This document shows positions 1-11,649 of a stretch of DNA of 64,000 nucleotides, piece after piece; the first letter of the stretch is position 1; the number at the start of each line of letters is the position of its first letter. The notes under the pieces were generated by a model. The model was not told where the DNA came from, made no database searches, and saw only the letters and a program-made list of their open reading frames with translations. The DNA is taken from sequence record MK250027.1, one strand, 5' to 3'. The translations under genes were made by a program, and so were the position numbers.

Positions 1-3000
1 TCATATTAGGTTGTAATTGTTTAAATGATGTCCCAAGCTATTCTATAAAATTACCAAATGAAGCTGATACAAATATAGCAGATGTAAAGAATATAGAAGG
101 GTCAACCTATTCATATTCAGGTTTACCATTTTTATCATATCCTGTTACTATTTGCATCGTTGCAACTTTAATAACTGTATCAACAAATTTAGAAACTGCA
201 TCCATAACGGGTTCCATTACCTATCCAACAGTAGATATTGCTAACATTGCATTAACTGACATCTTATCAAACGCGTCACTTAAACATTGTAAAAATATGC
301 TAAACTATACAGATATAGCAAGAGCTGCGTTACTAAATTCTGTTGCTGTTAATTTCTTATATATTGGGTTCTTCTTATTATCATATCCTATAATATATGT
401 TCCTGTTGCTAGTTTCATTACAACATCTACAAATTTTCCAACAGTATCAATAATAGGATTAAGCGCTAATGTTAACACGCTTAATACAACAAGTTTTAAA
501 GCAACCATTGCGTTAAATCCGGCACTTAATTTAGAAATAAATGTTGTAAATCCATTTGTAACTGCTTCTGCTGCCTATTCAAATACAGTTGCTGGTAAAT
601 GTTCATACATAGGTTTACCATTATCATCATATCCTGCTATATAATTCATTGTAGCAACTTTCATTATAATATCAATATATTTTGATATTGTATTTAATAT
701 AGGTCTTAATGCTAATGAAATAACTAATGCCATTGCAGTTCCATTAAAACCGCTAAATGCTTTAACAATAGCTTGCATAGATCCTAAAACACTATTTTTA
801 TCATCATTACCTTTACCTATCATCAATTCAGAAAATGTTTGAATCATCTTAGCATTACATATTTCTGTTATATATTTCATCTCAGAAACAGTTAATGCTA
901 ATACACCAAATACTGCCATAATAATAGGTGAAAAAGCTGCTGCCGCTGTTGCCTATACCATCTATACAGGATTTGGAGCTGCTGCTTTTATAACATCAAA
1001 CATTACTTCAAATAATGTTACTGCAGTCTCCCCTGTTTTTTTAAGTTTCTCAGTATTATATGGTAACATTAATTCCAACGCTTTCATGAATAATATCATG
1101 GTTCCTGTTACAACAGTCATCACACCTGCAATTGCCGTCATTACTACAGCACCTAATGTAATAAATGGAAGAATAGGCGTCATCGCACCTAATGCAGTCA
1201 TAAATGTTCCCATAATAGTTAACAAACCTATCATTGTAGCTGCACCTAAAAATACTGCGCCACCTTTATTTAAATCATCAATTTTCTTTGCTTCCCATGC
1301 GAATAAAACCATTGTTCCTCCAACAATATCCATCACTGCACCAATAGCGGACATAACAATACCACCTATAATAGTATCTGGTAAAAATTTCTCTAATTTA
1401 GAAACACCGTACATTACCAAACCCATTAGACCTAAAACACCTGCCATAACAGCAGCACCTAAAAATACTGCACCACCTTCATTTAATTCTAATATTTTCT
1501 TAGATTCTATTGCAAATGCTAAACATGCAGTCCCTATTACTAACATAACTATTGCAACTGCAGTCATAATAACTGCACCAACTGCTAATTCAACTGCATA
1601 CTTATCTGCGAATTTTCCTATAAAGAATAATACAGTTCCAAATATCGCTAATGTTCCTATCACAACACCTGCACCTATTAATGCGTCGTCCCACATTTTA
1701 CCAATAGGAATCAATATATCTTTAACAATCAATGATATACCTAATAAAATAAATGCCATTGCCGCTGTTGCAAATATTGCATATGCTGCTTTCTTACCAT
1801 CTACTTTAGCCAAGAAATAAGTACCTGCAATAAGAGTAATAATAATGAATAATGTAATACCCATTCCTATACCTGCTTCTTTACCATTCTAACCTATAGG
1901 AATAAGTAAATCTTTTGTAATCAATGCAATACCCATATAAATAATTGCAAGAGTAGCAGTAGCAAGAACACCCCATAAGGCTTTCTTTCCATTTACCATA
2001 TTCAATACATAAACGCCTGCAACTAATCCTGCTATTATAAACATTGTTACTATTGCACCTAAATAAACTTCCGGCGCTTTCTTTCCAATAGGTATTAAAA
2101 ACGCAACAGATATAATAGCAACCAATGCAAACACAGCAGATATTTTAATAAGATTATTTACCCCTCTATCTATACGTTTACCATGTTTATCTAATGATTT
2201 AACTGCAAATATGCCTAATGCTATAATAAAAGATATAACCAACGCACCTTTTGATACATCATCTAATCTCTTGCCAATAGGTGCCAATAATGTTGCTGAC
2301 ACCAAAGCTATAATTGCAAATACAGCAGAAATCTTTAACATTGCATCTGTAGCGTATGTTAATTTCTTATTACCTATTTTAGACAATTTATTAACAATGA
2401 AAATAGTTCCTGCAGTAAATAATGTAAGTATTCCTATAGATGCAAGTATAGTTTCCGTACTATTATTTTTAACAGTTAACGATAATAATAACATTGATAC
2501 AGATAATGACATAATCATTATTCCAATACCAGTTAAAACACCCTGTACATTTTTAAGGCTCTTATCTAATTTCTTCTCTGATAAATCTTCTATCAAACTC
2601 TTAAATCCAGAAACAGCAACTCTCATAACAATTAAACTTGCTACAACTGCAGTTAATCCAACAATCTTAGTTACAATAGATAATCCTATAATAATACCGC
2701 CTATCATACCTATTGCTGAACTTAAACTTCTTATTATCACCTATGCTCCTTTTACATCTTTAACTTTTAATTTTTTAGCTAAATCTGTAATAGTATTCTT
2801 CATGAATTTAATCAAATACCTAACTACTAAAACAGATTCAATTATTGTTTTAAAAGATGTTAGCTTAATAGTTAATGCAATGAATACAATACCGTATAAT
2901 AATGTTTTCAATGCATTATTCCATGCATTCATAAAAGATGATAAAACTTTAACTTGTTTTACATCCCATTTTTCTTTTAATATTGTGTTAAAGAAATCTA

Positions 3001-4081
3001 CTATTTTCTATGCACGTTTCTGTGTTAATGATTTTACAGCAAACATGAAATTAAGAATCTATATCTTCTTAATATCAAATATTACATTTAATAGCTATAC
3101 CATACTATTAACAGTTTGTGCAACCGTTTTATTATCTGGTATTTCCGTTGCAAATGCGACAAAGAAACTCGCAAGCATTTTAGCAGTAATAGGATTCAAT
3201 ACCTTCATTACTTTAAATATAGAAAACTTCTATTCAGGATCTGCTATCTTTACTAAAGGATCTAATATACCACCAATATATTTAACGTTCTCACTTATTT
3301 CTTTTCCTTTTAAATATTTAGCGATCTATCCTATGAACTAACCTAATTGTCTGCCTAATAACCAACCTCTTATAGGATTAAGACTTATCTACATTTTAAA
3401 AACATTTGATGTTACCAATGCGGATAATCCTCCCATCAAGTCTCCAATGGGTTTAATTATTTTTTGAATATCTTTATTTTTTAATTTCGTTTTACTAATA
3501 GACGAAACTAATGCAGATATAAATTTGCCTAAACGTTGTGCAGTTTTAACATCAAGCTTCCCAATATTTTCCTATAACTTAATCATATCAAGAGCAACAA
3601 GTTTGGACATTGTTTCAACAACTGCTTTAATTATACCGACACTTCGTCCTACTGATTTAGAATTCTATATTGTTAACCCTTGTATAAAATCAACTATTTT
3701 TTTTGCGCCTTCTGCATTTATTTCTGTCATTTTATTAATAGCTTTCAGAAAACTATCAATATTTGTAAATGTATTGTCATCAACTTTAAGACTTGATAAA
3801 ACTGTATTTACATTTCCTATAGATGTGGCAACTTTATTCAAAACATCATTGTCAATCTATTCCATGGATACAAGTCCTTTTGACAACTTCTCCAACTATT
3901 CTCCAACAGTTGCTGCTGATTCCTCTTTAGCAGTCTCAACGATACCCTATAACAAACTGATTATAGTAGAATCAGCTTTCTGTTCAATAGTTTCTTTCTT
4001 TTTCTCCTATTGCTGACTTACCATAGTGTCCAAAATATTAAATATACCGTTAAGTGCTTCTTCTGAAGACATTTGTGCCAT
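1..4081 (-). CDS. Tape-measure-like large hydrophobic repeat protein (>1360 aa, runs off the window start; TAG read-through)
   Basis: Track ORFs 2741..2932, 1889..2740, 962..1864, 575..919 and 305..508 share one frame and are separated only by TAG. ATG at 4081 (MAQMSSEEALNGIF), at least 15 in-frame TAG, no TAA/TGA seen in frame. Ala/Gly/Ile-rich helical repeats of 64, 71 and 82 aa. Confidence 0.6.
120..2275 (-). repeat. Protein-level tandem repeats inside the tape-measure-like gene
   Basis: GYD-x-x-(G/K)-(K/N)-P-x-Y motif at an exact 246-nt period (ends 142, 388, 634). PIG motif at 192/192/189-nt spacing (1700, 1892, 2084, 2273). GGAVFLGAA twice, 213 nt apart. Confidence 0.85.
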
Positions 4082-4104
4082 ATCGTTTTAATGTAATTTA
4101 ATTT

Positions 4105-4464
4105 TTACTTAGATGTTGTTTTCTTCTTCTGAACAACATAAACAGATTTATCTTTTAATGATTTTACTGTATATATAATACCGGAGTTTTTATCATATAA
4201 TGTTCCATATTCATAAGCCTTATTATTGTCACCATCTTTAATAGATGTTTTTATCCATTTATCATATTGAGGTAATGAATCTGACATAATTAAAGAATCT
4301 AATTGAGTAGAATTTAATGTATCATTATTCATTGTACGTACGGATGTAATAGCAACTGAATATACAGAATCTTTTACCTAATTATTATTCTTTGTACCAC
4401 ATGAATTAAATGATACCATAAGGCTCAATAAAGAACCAACTAAAATATACTTTAAACTTTTCAT
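4105..4464 (-). CDS. Lipoprotein, 119 aa (one TAG)
   Basis: Extends track ORF 4105..4332 through one TAG to MKSLKYILVGSLLSLMVSFNSC-GTK, a signal peptide II with lipobox Cys. Confidence 0.7.
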
Positions 4465-4512
4465 ATTTTAAGTTTATTTAACTAAATATTTAATATATTT
4501 ATTTTTAGAATA

Positions 4513-4541
4513 TAGACTATATCATTATATTAATATATAAT
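4513..4541 (+). promoter_or_regulatory. Class II promoter TAGACT-N17-TATAAT
   Basis: Exact 17-nt spacer, 30 nt upstream of ATG 4571; motif recurs at least 9 times. Confidence 0.65.
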
Positions 4542-4570
4542 TTATTATAAGTAAAACTATATATTCAAAT

Positions 4571-5080
4571 ATGGCAAGAAAAAAGAAAGACAATGATGAA
4601 GAAGTTGAAAAAATAAAAACTCCTAAAGCTATTGGTCCATATGACATTATATCTATGATGTTTACTAATTTTGAAGGATTCAATAAATTATCTAATACTA
4701 TATTAGATAAGAATTTCTTTATGATTAATAGAGTATTCAGTATTAAATATCCTTTACAAGGTGCATTATTTAATAGATTGAATATTAATACGGCAGGTGT
4801 TATTAAATCATGGGCAATGTTTATATCTAATAAAGAAGGATATGGACGTGTGCCTTATTTTGTATATACAAAAGGTGCGAAAAAATCAGCAGTTTCAACA
4901 TCAAAAACTGATAAATTAGATAAAGAATTAATTAAAGAATATTGTAAACGTTATAAAATTAATCTAAAAGATTTCGATATGTTAAATTCATTATATCATG
5001 ATGAATTAATTAATGATGTTAAACGATATGAAAAATTAATTTCTATTAAAGAACAAGAAAAAAATATTACAAAAAAATAA
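4571..5080 (+). CDS. Possible T4 gp62-like clamp-loader small subunit
   Basis: 169 aa; pattern YDII...FFMINRVFS...FN...YTK...LIKEYCKRYKIN resembles the gp62 family by eye. Confidence 0.4.
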   Translation: MARKKKDNDEEVEKIKTPKAIGPYDIISMMFTNFEGFNKLSNTILDKNFFMINRVFSIKYPLQGALFNRLNINTAGVIKSWAMFISNKEGYGRVPYFVYTKGAKKSAVSTSKTDKLDKELIKEYCKRYKINLKDFDMLNSLYHDELINDVKRYEKLISIKEQEKNITKK

Positions 5081-5098
5081 AAATCATAATAAACAAAA

Positions 5099-5728
5099 AT
5101 GATGAAAATTTATCCACAAGATTTAGTTAAGTCAATTCAAAAAGTAATTGACTCAGGTAAAGTTGAAATTACAACTTTTAAGGATTACAATGAGAATTTT
5201 ATTAAAGAAATAAATTCATGTGAGATACATATTAAATTTACTATTGATAGTAATGACAAACGAGATGCAATTATAATTATTAATAATTCAGATATTACGT
5301 CTCAATTTATTAATACATGGAGGACATCAGCACCAGGTAAATTTATGGCTCGTGATTTTAAGAAAAATAATAAAGATTTTATTGGAAACACTCTTTATCA
5401 TGTAGTTAAGTTTGAACTTAATGGAGAAAAAATGATGATATTGGTTCGACTACTTAATGAGATTACTCAAGATTGTACAGTAGAGGAAACAAAAGAACTT
5501 ATTGAAGAATATGGTGACCTTACAATTAGTGGAAAAATCTTTTCCCTTATTAAAATTGTAAGAGATAACAATAGAGATGGATGGAATTCATGGGATCGTT
5601 ATAAATCACGTGATAATAATTATCATATGAACCTTTATGAATCTTCATCATACATTGATGAAACAGATAATGACAATGACAATGAAGAAATTTCAGATGA
5701 TTCTAGTGAATCTGAACCTTTATTTTAA
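5099..5728 (+). CDS. Hypothetical protein, acidic C-tail
   Basis: 209-aa ORF, TAA stop, coupled to the next gene. Confidence 0.8.
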   Translation: MMKIYPQDLVKSIQKVIDSGKVEITTFKDYNENFIKEINSCEIHIKFTIDSNDKRDAIIIINNSDITSQFINTWRTSAPGKFMARDFKKNNKDFIGNTLYHVVKFELNGEKMMILVRLLNEITQDCTVEETKELIEEYGDLTISGKIFSLIKIVRDNNRDGWNSWDRYKSRDNNYHMNLYESSSYIDETDNDNDNEEISDDSSESEPLF

Positions 5729-6777
5729 TGATTAAAGATATATCACAAATAAAGGATAAATCTGTTAGTTTTATAAAGGAATTTATTAATAACTGTACGA
5801 TAGAAGAAAAAATAGATGCTCATTATGTCATTGTTGAGATAACATCTAAACAACATATTACTATTAAAAAAGCAAATGGAAAAGTAGTTGATAGAGTTGA
5901 TATGATATTAAACAATATGTGGAGTCAATTAGTCACTGATTGGAATTTTATTAAACTTGCTAATCAGGAGTTTTTTAACACACATATTGGATATAATATA
6001 TCGATGTTTTATTTTCCTAATAATAAGCCTTTACTGACAGAATATCCAGATAATATAAAATATCTTATAGATAGAATTACATATAATGACGAATTAATTA
6101 ATGTAGATTCATTTGTAAATAAATTGAAATTAAAAGATAAGTTCAATATTCATATTAAACATAATTTAACAAAGAATTTATCAAATGAAATAGATACCAT
6201 TAATAAAATTAACGGTGATAGAAAATCAGATATTAATTATAAGTTATTATTTCAAAATATAATTGATAGATCTACATTATTAGCAAAAGAGCCTGAAGGA
6301 TTTATTTATAAATGGAAAAAGAATCTTTATCAGTTAACATATTATGATAGAAAAAAAATAATTCCAGAAAAAACTCAATATGAATATTTGCTTTGTGATT
6401 TTGTATCTTATTGTAAGTCACATAATTATCAAGATAAGATTCATCATAGTTATGTAAAAACCGTATGTTCTTTATTCAATGATTATATAATTAATTGGGA
6501 AGAGGTAAATCATAATATTGAAAATAATATAGATATAAACAGTATTCAATCACCATCATTAGGAACGACTTTTGATATGGGATATGAATATATACCTGAT
6601 ATTATTACAATGAATTTATGCAAATCAAATGAATTATATAAAAGTATATTTAAAGTATTATTAGCGAACCTTCGTAGAGGAAAAGATAATAGTAAATGTA
6701 TATACATGAATAAGAAACAAGTTGATGATTGGAATATTATAATGAAAAATATTAAGATTAGAACTTTAACTATTTAA
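5728..6777 (+). CDS. Nucleotidyltransferase (RNA/DNA ligase)-fold protein, degenerate motif I
   Basis: 349 aa; IEEKIDAHY resembles KxDG motif I, EPEGFIYK resembles motif IV. Confidence 0.45.
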   Translation: MIKDISQIKDKSVSFIKEFINNCTIEEKIDAHYVIVEITSKQHITIKKANGKVVDRVDMILNNMWSQLVTDWNFIKLANQEFFNTHIGYNISMFYFPNNKPLLTEYPDNIKYLIDRITYNDELINVDSFVNKLKLKDKFNIHIKHNLTKNLSNEIDTINKINGDRKSDINYKLLFQNIIDRSTLLAKEPEGFIYKWKKNLYQLTYYDRKKIIPEKTQYEYLLCDFVSYCKSHNYQDKIHHSYVKTVCSLFNDYIINWEEVNHNIENNIDINSIQSPSLGTTFDMGYEYIPDIITMNLCKSNELYKSIFKVLLANLRRGKDNSKCIYMNKKQVDDWNIIMKNIKIRTLTI

Positions 6778-6810
6778 TAAATATATAAAGTTAAATATTT
6801 TTATAGAATT

Positions 6811-7077
6811 ATGACCCATATTCATTATAATATAACAAGTACACATGTTAATCCAGAAATTCCAGGTGATAATATAGAAATTCATGAACCAAAGGAAAAA
6901 CCGGTTGAGAAAATACCTGGTTGGATGCATGTAGATCCTATAAGTACATAGATAGATTTAGAATCTGTTGCTTATCAATTATCAGATTATAAATTTACAC
7001 CAGGGTTTAAAGTTACTGTAGATGATTTACTTCATCCAAAACCTTTAGATTATGAGGCAACACCTAAATTTAAATAA
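6811..7077 (+). CDS. Hypothetical protein, 88 aa (one TAG; absent from track)
   Basis: MTHIHYNITSTHVNPEIPG...ST(TAG)IDLESV...ATPKFK-TAA, followed by a terminator. Confidence 0.65.
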
Positions 7078-7080
7078 ATG

Positions 7081-7112
7081 AAAGAGGAATAACAAGCAAG
7101 TTATTCCTCTTT
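7081..7112. terminator. Bidirectional intrinsic terminator
   Basis: Perfect 13-bp inverted repeat AAAGAGGAATAAC/GTTATTCCTCTTT between convergent genes. Confidence 0.8.
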
Positions 7113-7125
7113 TTATATTCTATAA

Positions 7126-7407
7126 TTAAATAGAATAATTAATATTCATAATATCAAAAAGTTGATTAAGATGATCTGTTGTTTGAACTTCTACAGATGC
7201 AACAGTATTATGTTCATCATTATCAATAATACATGTCCAATTTCTTCCTACCATATTTGTTTGTAAATTATGAATAGTTATTGTAAATGTATGATTAAGT
7301 TCTCCTACAGTTTTATAAAAGTAATCTGCTTCATCAAAATCTGCAAAACCTTTATCATGATTATATTCAAATTTATGAAATAAAAGTAAATCCTTTGTAA
7401 TATCCAT
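7126..7407 (-). CDS. Hypothetical protein
   Basis: 93-aa ORF, last gene of the operon under the promoter at 8787. Confidence 0.75.
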   Translation of the reverse strand: MDITKDLLLFHKFEYNHDKGFADFDEADYFYKTVGELNHTFTITIHNLQTNMVGRNWTCIIDNDEHNTVASVEVQTTDHLNQLFDIMNINYSI

Positions 7408-7417
7408 GTTTAATTAT

Positions 7418-8272
7418 TTAATCTTCATCATTTAAATCCTCAAATTCTTCATATGATAATAGTAATTTATCATATTCTTTAATCATTGTAGATAAAATTT
7501 GTTTTTGCTCTGATACATATTGTTTATCAAAATGCCAACATTGTCCTGCATATTTACATGGAATAAACATACCGTTTTGACTTTCTAACATTATACAGAA
7601 TGATGCCCAATTTACAACTGATTCTGAAAGTTCTTTCCAATTTATAGTTGAATTATTATAAAAACTCATAACACCATTCATTTGAGAAAATTGATTCCAA
7701 CAATAATTATATGGCATATAGTCTCTATATTCATCACTATTTAAATCTGTGACAACAAATAGTATACCTCCAGTAAATTCATTAAATACATTATCGCCTA
7801 CACCAATCAATTCCAAACATTTCTTCATCTTTGGAATTTCATATGTCATTGCTTTATATATAGAATATTTCTCATATATAACAGTATATTCATATTTTTC
7901 TGAAGTATGAAATACTGAACACATTTTTGTTATATTTTCAAAAAGTGTTTTAATATTATCTTTTTGTTCTTCATATGAAACATATTTATTATAATCTCGT
8001 AATATCGTAGATATAATATTATTAAATTTCATATTTAATTTTCCCTCTATCATTCGAGTGGTTTCATCCTCTTCATATTCAAAATCATCACTACCTCCAT
8101 ACTCATCCATATATCCTATAACAGGAATATGCATAGGTATTAATGGACTTTCTAAATAAGTAGGATTATTTCCAAGTTTATGCTTATTTCTACGACAAAT
8201 AATAGCAATTACTTTCTCTCTATTCCTTATTGGAATTCTTGAATGAAATCCAGATACACAAAAATCACCCAT
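7418..8272 (-). CDS. Hypothetical protein
   Basis: 284-aa ORF, no TAG. Confidence 0.8.
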   Translation of the reverse strand: MGDFCVSGFHSRIPIRNREKVIAIICRRNKHKLGNNPTYLESPLIPMHIPVIGYMDEYGGSDDFEYEEDETTRMIEGKLNMKFNNIISTILRDYNKYVSYEEQKDNIKTLFENITKMCSVFHTSEKYEYTVIYEKYSIYKAMTYEIPKMKKCLELIGVGDNVFNEFTGGILFVVTDLNSDEYRDYMPYNYCWNQFSQMNGVMSFYNNSTINWKELSESVVNWASFCIMLESQNGMFIPCKYAGQCWHFDKQYVSEQKQILSTMIKEYDKLLLSYEEFEDLNDED

Positions 8273-8275
8273 AAC

Positions 8276-8761
8276 TTATTTTAAATTATTAATATAATCA
8301 GCCATCTTAGTTTTCCAATTGTTTGCCTTTGCAATATGACAAATATAGTTAACTGCATACTCAAAACAATTTTCTAATGTATTCCATGTCATATCAAATG
8401 AATGTGGATTTTCACCAAGAGTTTGTGCAAACTTACTTGAATATATAATATCAAAATACCAATCTTTATGCTCTCTATTATATCCAGGCTCGATAATAAT
8501 ACCAAGATGTTTTTCTAACCAATCAACTGCGTCAAATACAGTAGGTGCTGGAATCCAATTAGGCGACGGATATTCAACTTCCCATTCTTTATCGCGTTGA
8601 CACAGATCTCCAGTATGCCATGTACGTTCAGCAACAGTTTCACCATTCTTTGATTTAACACCTTTAATACCAATTGGTGTATTCATATACAAATCTTCTG
8701 TATATTCATCGAATCCTAATTTATTAAGAATTTGTGAAGATGCAAAATTAATATGTTTCAT
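8276..8761 (-). CDS. Hypothetical protein
   Basis: 161-aa ORF directly downstream of a host-type promoter. Confidence 0.8.
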   Translation of the reverse strand: MKHINFASSQILNKLGFDEYTEDLYMNTPIGIKGVKSKNGETVAERTWHTGDLCQRDKEWEVEYPSPNWIPAPTVFDAVDWLEKHLGIIIEPGYNREHKDWYFDIIYSSKFAQTLGENPHSFDMTWNTLENCFEYAVNYICHIAKANNWKTKMADYINNLK

Positions 8762-8786
8762 AATTATTTTATTTTATATTACATTA

Positions 8787-8794
8787 CAAAGATA
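8787..8794 (-). promoter_or_regulatory. Class I host-type promoter, -7 element TATCTTTG
   Basis: Minus strand reads ATGTATCTTTGTA, matching the Bacteroidota TAnnTTTG consensus, with a T-run about 20 nt upstream. Nine copies in the window. Confidence 0.8.
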
Positions 8795-8820
8795 CATATA
8801 ATTTTGGAATATAAAAAATA

Positions 8821-9258
8821 TTACTTATCTTTTTCTTCTGCATCTACATATTTCCAATACTGATCTATTATCTTATTCCATAATAATTCATATGAAAACC
8901 CATAATTATTATCAGGTCCAAATACTTTCATTTCATTTGAAGTAACCACATAATTGATTTGATATTTTCCCCTTTTTATTTTAAAAAAATTATCTTCATT
9001 TAATTCGTCTGAACCAGTATAACTAAATATTCTAATATTATAATGTTTACTTGATGTTATATGAACGCATGCATATAAATATGGTTGATAGTTTATTTTA
9101 TATACATAATATGTATTTTCACAAATTTTATTAAATAGCAATTGTATACATTGTACATCACAAAAATCCGGTATTTCTTTATTAAATGGTGGAAATACAA
9201 TATTTTCATCCATTACAGGCTTATCTTTTTTCTTAAATATGTTATTAAACAGTTTCAT
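8821..9258 (-). CDS. Hypothetical protein
   Basis: 145-aa ORF. Confidence 0.75.
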   Translation of the reverse strand: MKLFNNIFKKKDKPVMDENIVFPPFNKEIPDFCDVQCIQLLFNKICENTYYVYKINYQPYLYACVHITSSKHYNIRIFSYTGSDELNEDNFFKIKRGKYQINYVVTSNEMKVFGPDNNYGFSYELLWNKIIDQYWKYVDAEEKDK

Positions 9259-9261
9259 TAT

Positions 9262-9930
9262 TCAATCTTCAATAATTTTTAAATCATCTGGTATATAACA
9301 ATCACTACCTAAATATTTAATATATTCTTTAACTGGTTTCTTTACTTTTTTCCAATATGGTAAGTTATTATCTTTGCTTTGATAATATATATAACTATCA
9401 AAATATGTTATTTCTTCAATATTTCCATTATGTTCAACTTTACATACTTTATAATTATCTTCATCGAAATAACTTGCAAGATCCATCCATACTAATAAAT
9501 CTTCTAATATCATTATTGACAACGGTGAAGTGTTATATGTATTAGTTTTTTTCTTTTCATATATAATATTTCCATTATTATCTTTCAATACTGTTAATCC
9601 TTTATAATCACCTGTAATTTGCCAATTTGGATTATCAATAAAATATTGTAATAAAAATTCTAATGGTTTTCGCTCTTCTTGAATTATAGAATAATCTATT
9701 GAAAAATTATATTCACTAAACCTTAAATTATCTTCTATACATTGTCGTATGTCTATAGCAAAATGTTGCTTCTAATCATGTGTTAATGTATAATATTCAT
9801 ATTTAGCAATATTTAATGCATGTTGATGTGCGGCTATTGTATGTCTACCAATTGCATATCTATATGACATCCATACTAAATCTTCATGATAACTTTTATC
9901 GAATATATTATCCTAATCTTTTTTCTTCAT
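9262..9930 (-). CDS. Hypothetical protein, 222 aa (two TAG)
   Basis: Track ORF 9262..9588 extends in frame to ATG 9930: MKKKD(TAG)DNIFDKSYHEDLVWMSYRYAIGRHT... Confidence 0.75.
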
Positions 9931-10019
9931 ATAAAATAAAAAAGTCTATTTATAATTATATAAAAATATACATAAGTTGTTTATTAATAAATATAATAAA
10001 TAAAAATAAACTAATTATC

Positions 10020-10922
10020 ATGAAATTCATTAAATTATTTGATAATAAAGAATAGTTAGATAATTATGCCAATGGAATTTCACATCGAGATGGCGCATTT
10101 ATACTATCTGAAAAAAAAAAAGAGAAACTAAGTATTATTGATGAAAGACATCCAGGTCCAAACTGTATTTATGTATAGGATTTAAATATGTCTCCATTAT
10201 CATTAGAATCAAATTCGTCGAAAGATGTAAAAGTTGGCTCAATATTATATGTAAACACTAATAATAAGTTAACATTAAATAATGAACCTGGTAATATGGC
10301 AATTGCTATATGTGTATGTCCATCAGTTACAGAAGATTTTGAAGCTGGTAATTCAACCGGTGAAAGTAAAGTAAAAACTGCACGTTTTTGTAGTCTTTAC
10401 TATATGAATTAGGATATAGTAGGTACTGCTAGTATTAATGATACAACAGTATAGTTTAATATGAAAGGATATACTATAGGAAATACATATGGTAATAGAT
10501 CTAGTACTAGTTATATTGGTGGTAAAAAAAATACATAGATATTAGTAGAAAAATCATCATATTATTATGATACTAAAAGATTATTATGTAATATATCATT
10601 TTCTGATACTTATAATGGTGTTTTTCTTGGCTGTAATGCTGCAGTTTCTGCTGCTGTATATAGTATACGTGGTACAAAAAGAGGTGATTGGTATTTACCA
10701 TCAGTGGGAGAATTAAAAGAGATGTATAGTAAAATTTCCATAATCAATCCTATTAGAAAACAACTAGTTAATGAAGAATACAAAATGTAGGGGCATTATT
10801 GGACAAGTTATGAATATAATGCAGACAATGAATCTGCAATATTATTCACCAATGGTGCTATAACATATGCTGATAAAAAAATGAGTAAAAGAGTAATACC
10901 ATTTTTAGCGGTTTCTATATAA
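10020..10922 (+). CDS. DUF1566/Lcl-C-like domain protein, 300 aa (six TAG)
   Basis: Read-through ORF containing GDWYLPSVGELKEMY...HYWTSYEY...VIPFLAV. Confidence 0.7.
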
Positions 10923-10928
10923 AATATT

Positions 10929-10961
10929 AAGGTGATAATATTTTTGAAATATTATCACCTT
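10929..10961. terminator. Bidirectional terminator
   Basis: 13-bp perfect inverted repeat AAGGTGATAATAT/ATATTATCACCTT between convergent genes. Confidence 0.8.
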
Positions 10962-10968
10962 ATTTAAT

Positions 10969-11649
10969 TTACTTCTTATATAAAATATTATCAATCATTC
11001 CTTTAGAACCATATGATTTTGCTTCTTCTGCTGTCATCCAAAAATCTCTATCTGCATCAGATTTAATTTTTTTCATTGTTTGCCCAGAATGATTTGCAAT
11101 AATATCATAAAGTTCTGTTTTTAACTTATTTATTTCTTTACATGTAATTTCTATATCACTTGCTTGGGTATGATCTCCAGTAGATGACATAGGTTGGTGA
11201 ATCATTACACGTGAATGTGGTAATGCGTATCTTTTTCCTTCAGTTCCTGCACAAAGTAATATACTAGCCATACTAGCTGCCATACCGGCACATATAGTAG
11301 ATACATCAGACCTTATAAATTGCATTGTATCATATATCTCTAATCCTGAATATACATCACCACCTGGTGAATTAATATAAATAGAAATATCAGTATTATC
11401 TACATTATCAAGATACAATAATTGAGATGTAATAATATTAGCACTTTCTGCTGTTACAGGATTACCTAAGAAAATAATTCTATCCATCATCAATCTTGAG
11501 AATACATCCATTTGTGATACGTTAAGTTGTCGTTCCTCAAGTATAGTAGGATTTTGATAACCCATATTTATACCATTCATATAATCATGTAAGTAAAGAC
11601 TACTTACATTTCTTGAATTCATAAACTTTTCAAAATCAGTTTTAATCAT
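10969..11649 (-). CDS. clpP: Clp protease proteolytic subunit (canonical, host-like)
   Basis: DVFSRLMMDRIIFLG, YINSPGG, AASMAS (Ser), MIHQP (His), DRDFWM (Asp). Confidence 0.95.
   Translation of the reverse strand: MIKTDFEKFMNSRNVSSLYLHDYMNGINMGYQNPTILEERQLNVSQMDVFSRLMMDRIIFLGNPVTAESANIITSQLLYLDNVDNTDISIYINSPGGDVYSGLEIYDTMQFIRSDVSTICAGMAASMASILLCAGTEGKRYALPHSRVMIHQPMSSTGDHTQASDIEITCKEINKLKTELYDIIANHSGQTMKKIKSDADRDFWMTAEEAKSYGSKGMIDNILYKK

Noticed and set aside
297-4016. Plus-strand track ORFs 297..644, 1086..1820, 2211..3341, 3525..4016
   Set aside because: Antisense shadows of the hydrophobic tape-measure-like gene; no motifs or own signals.
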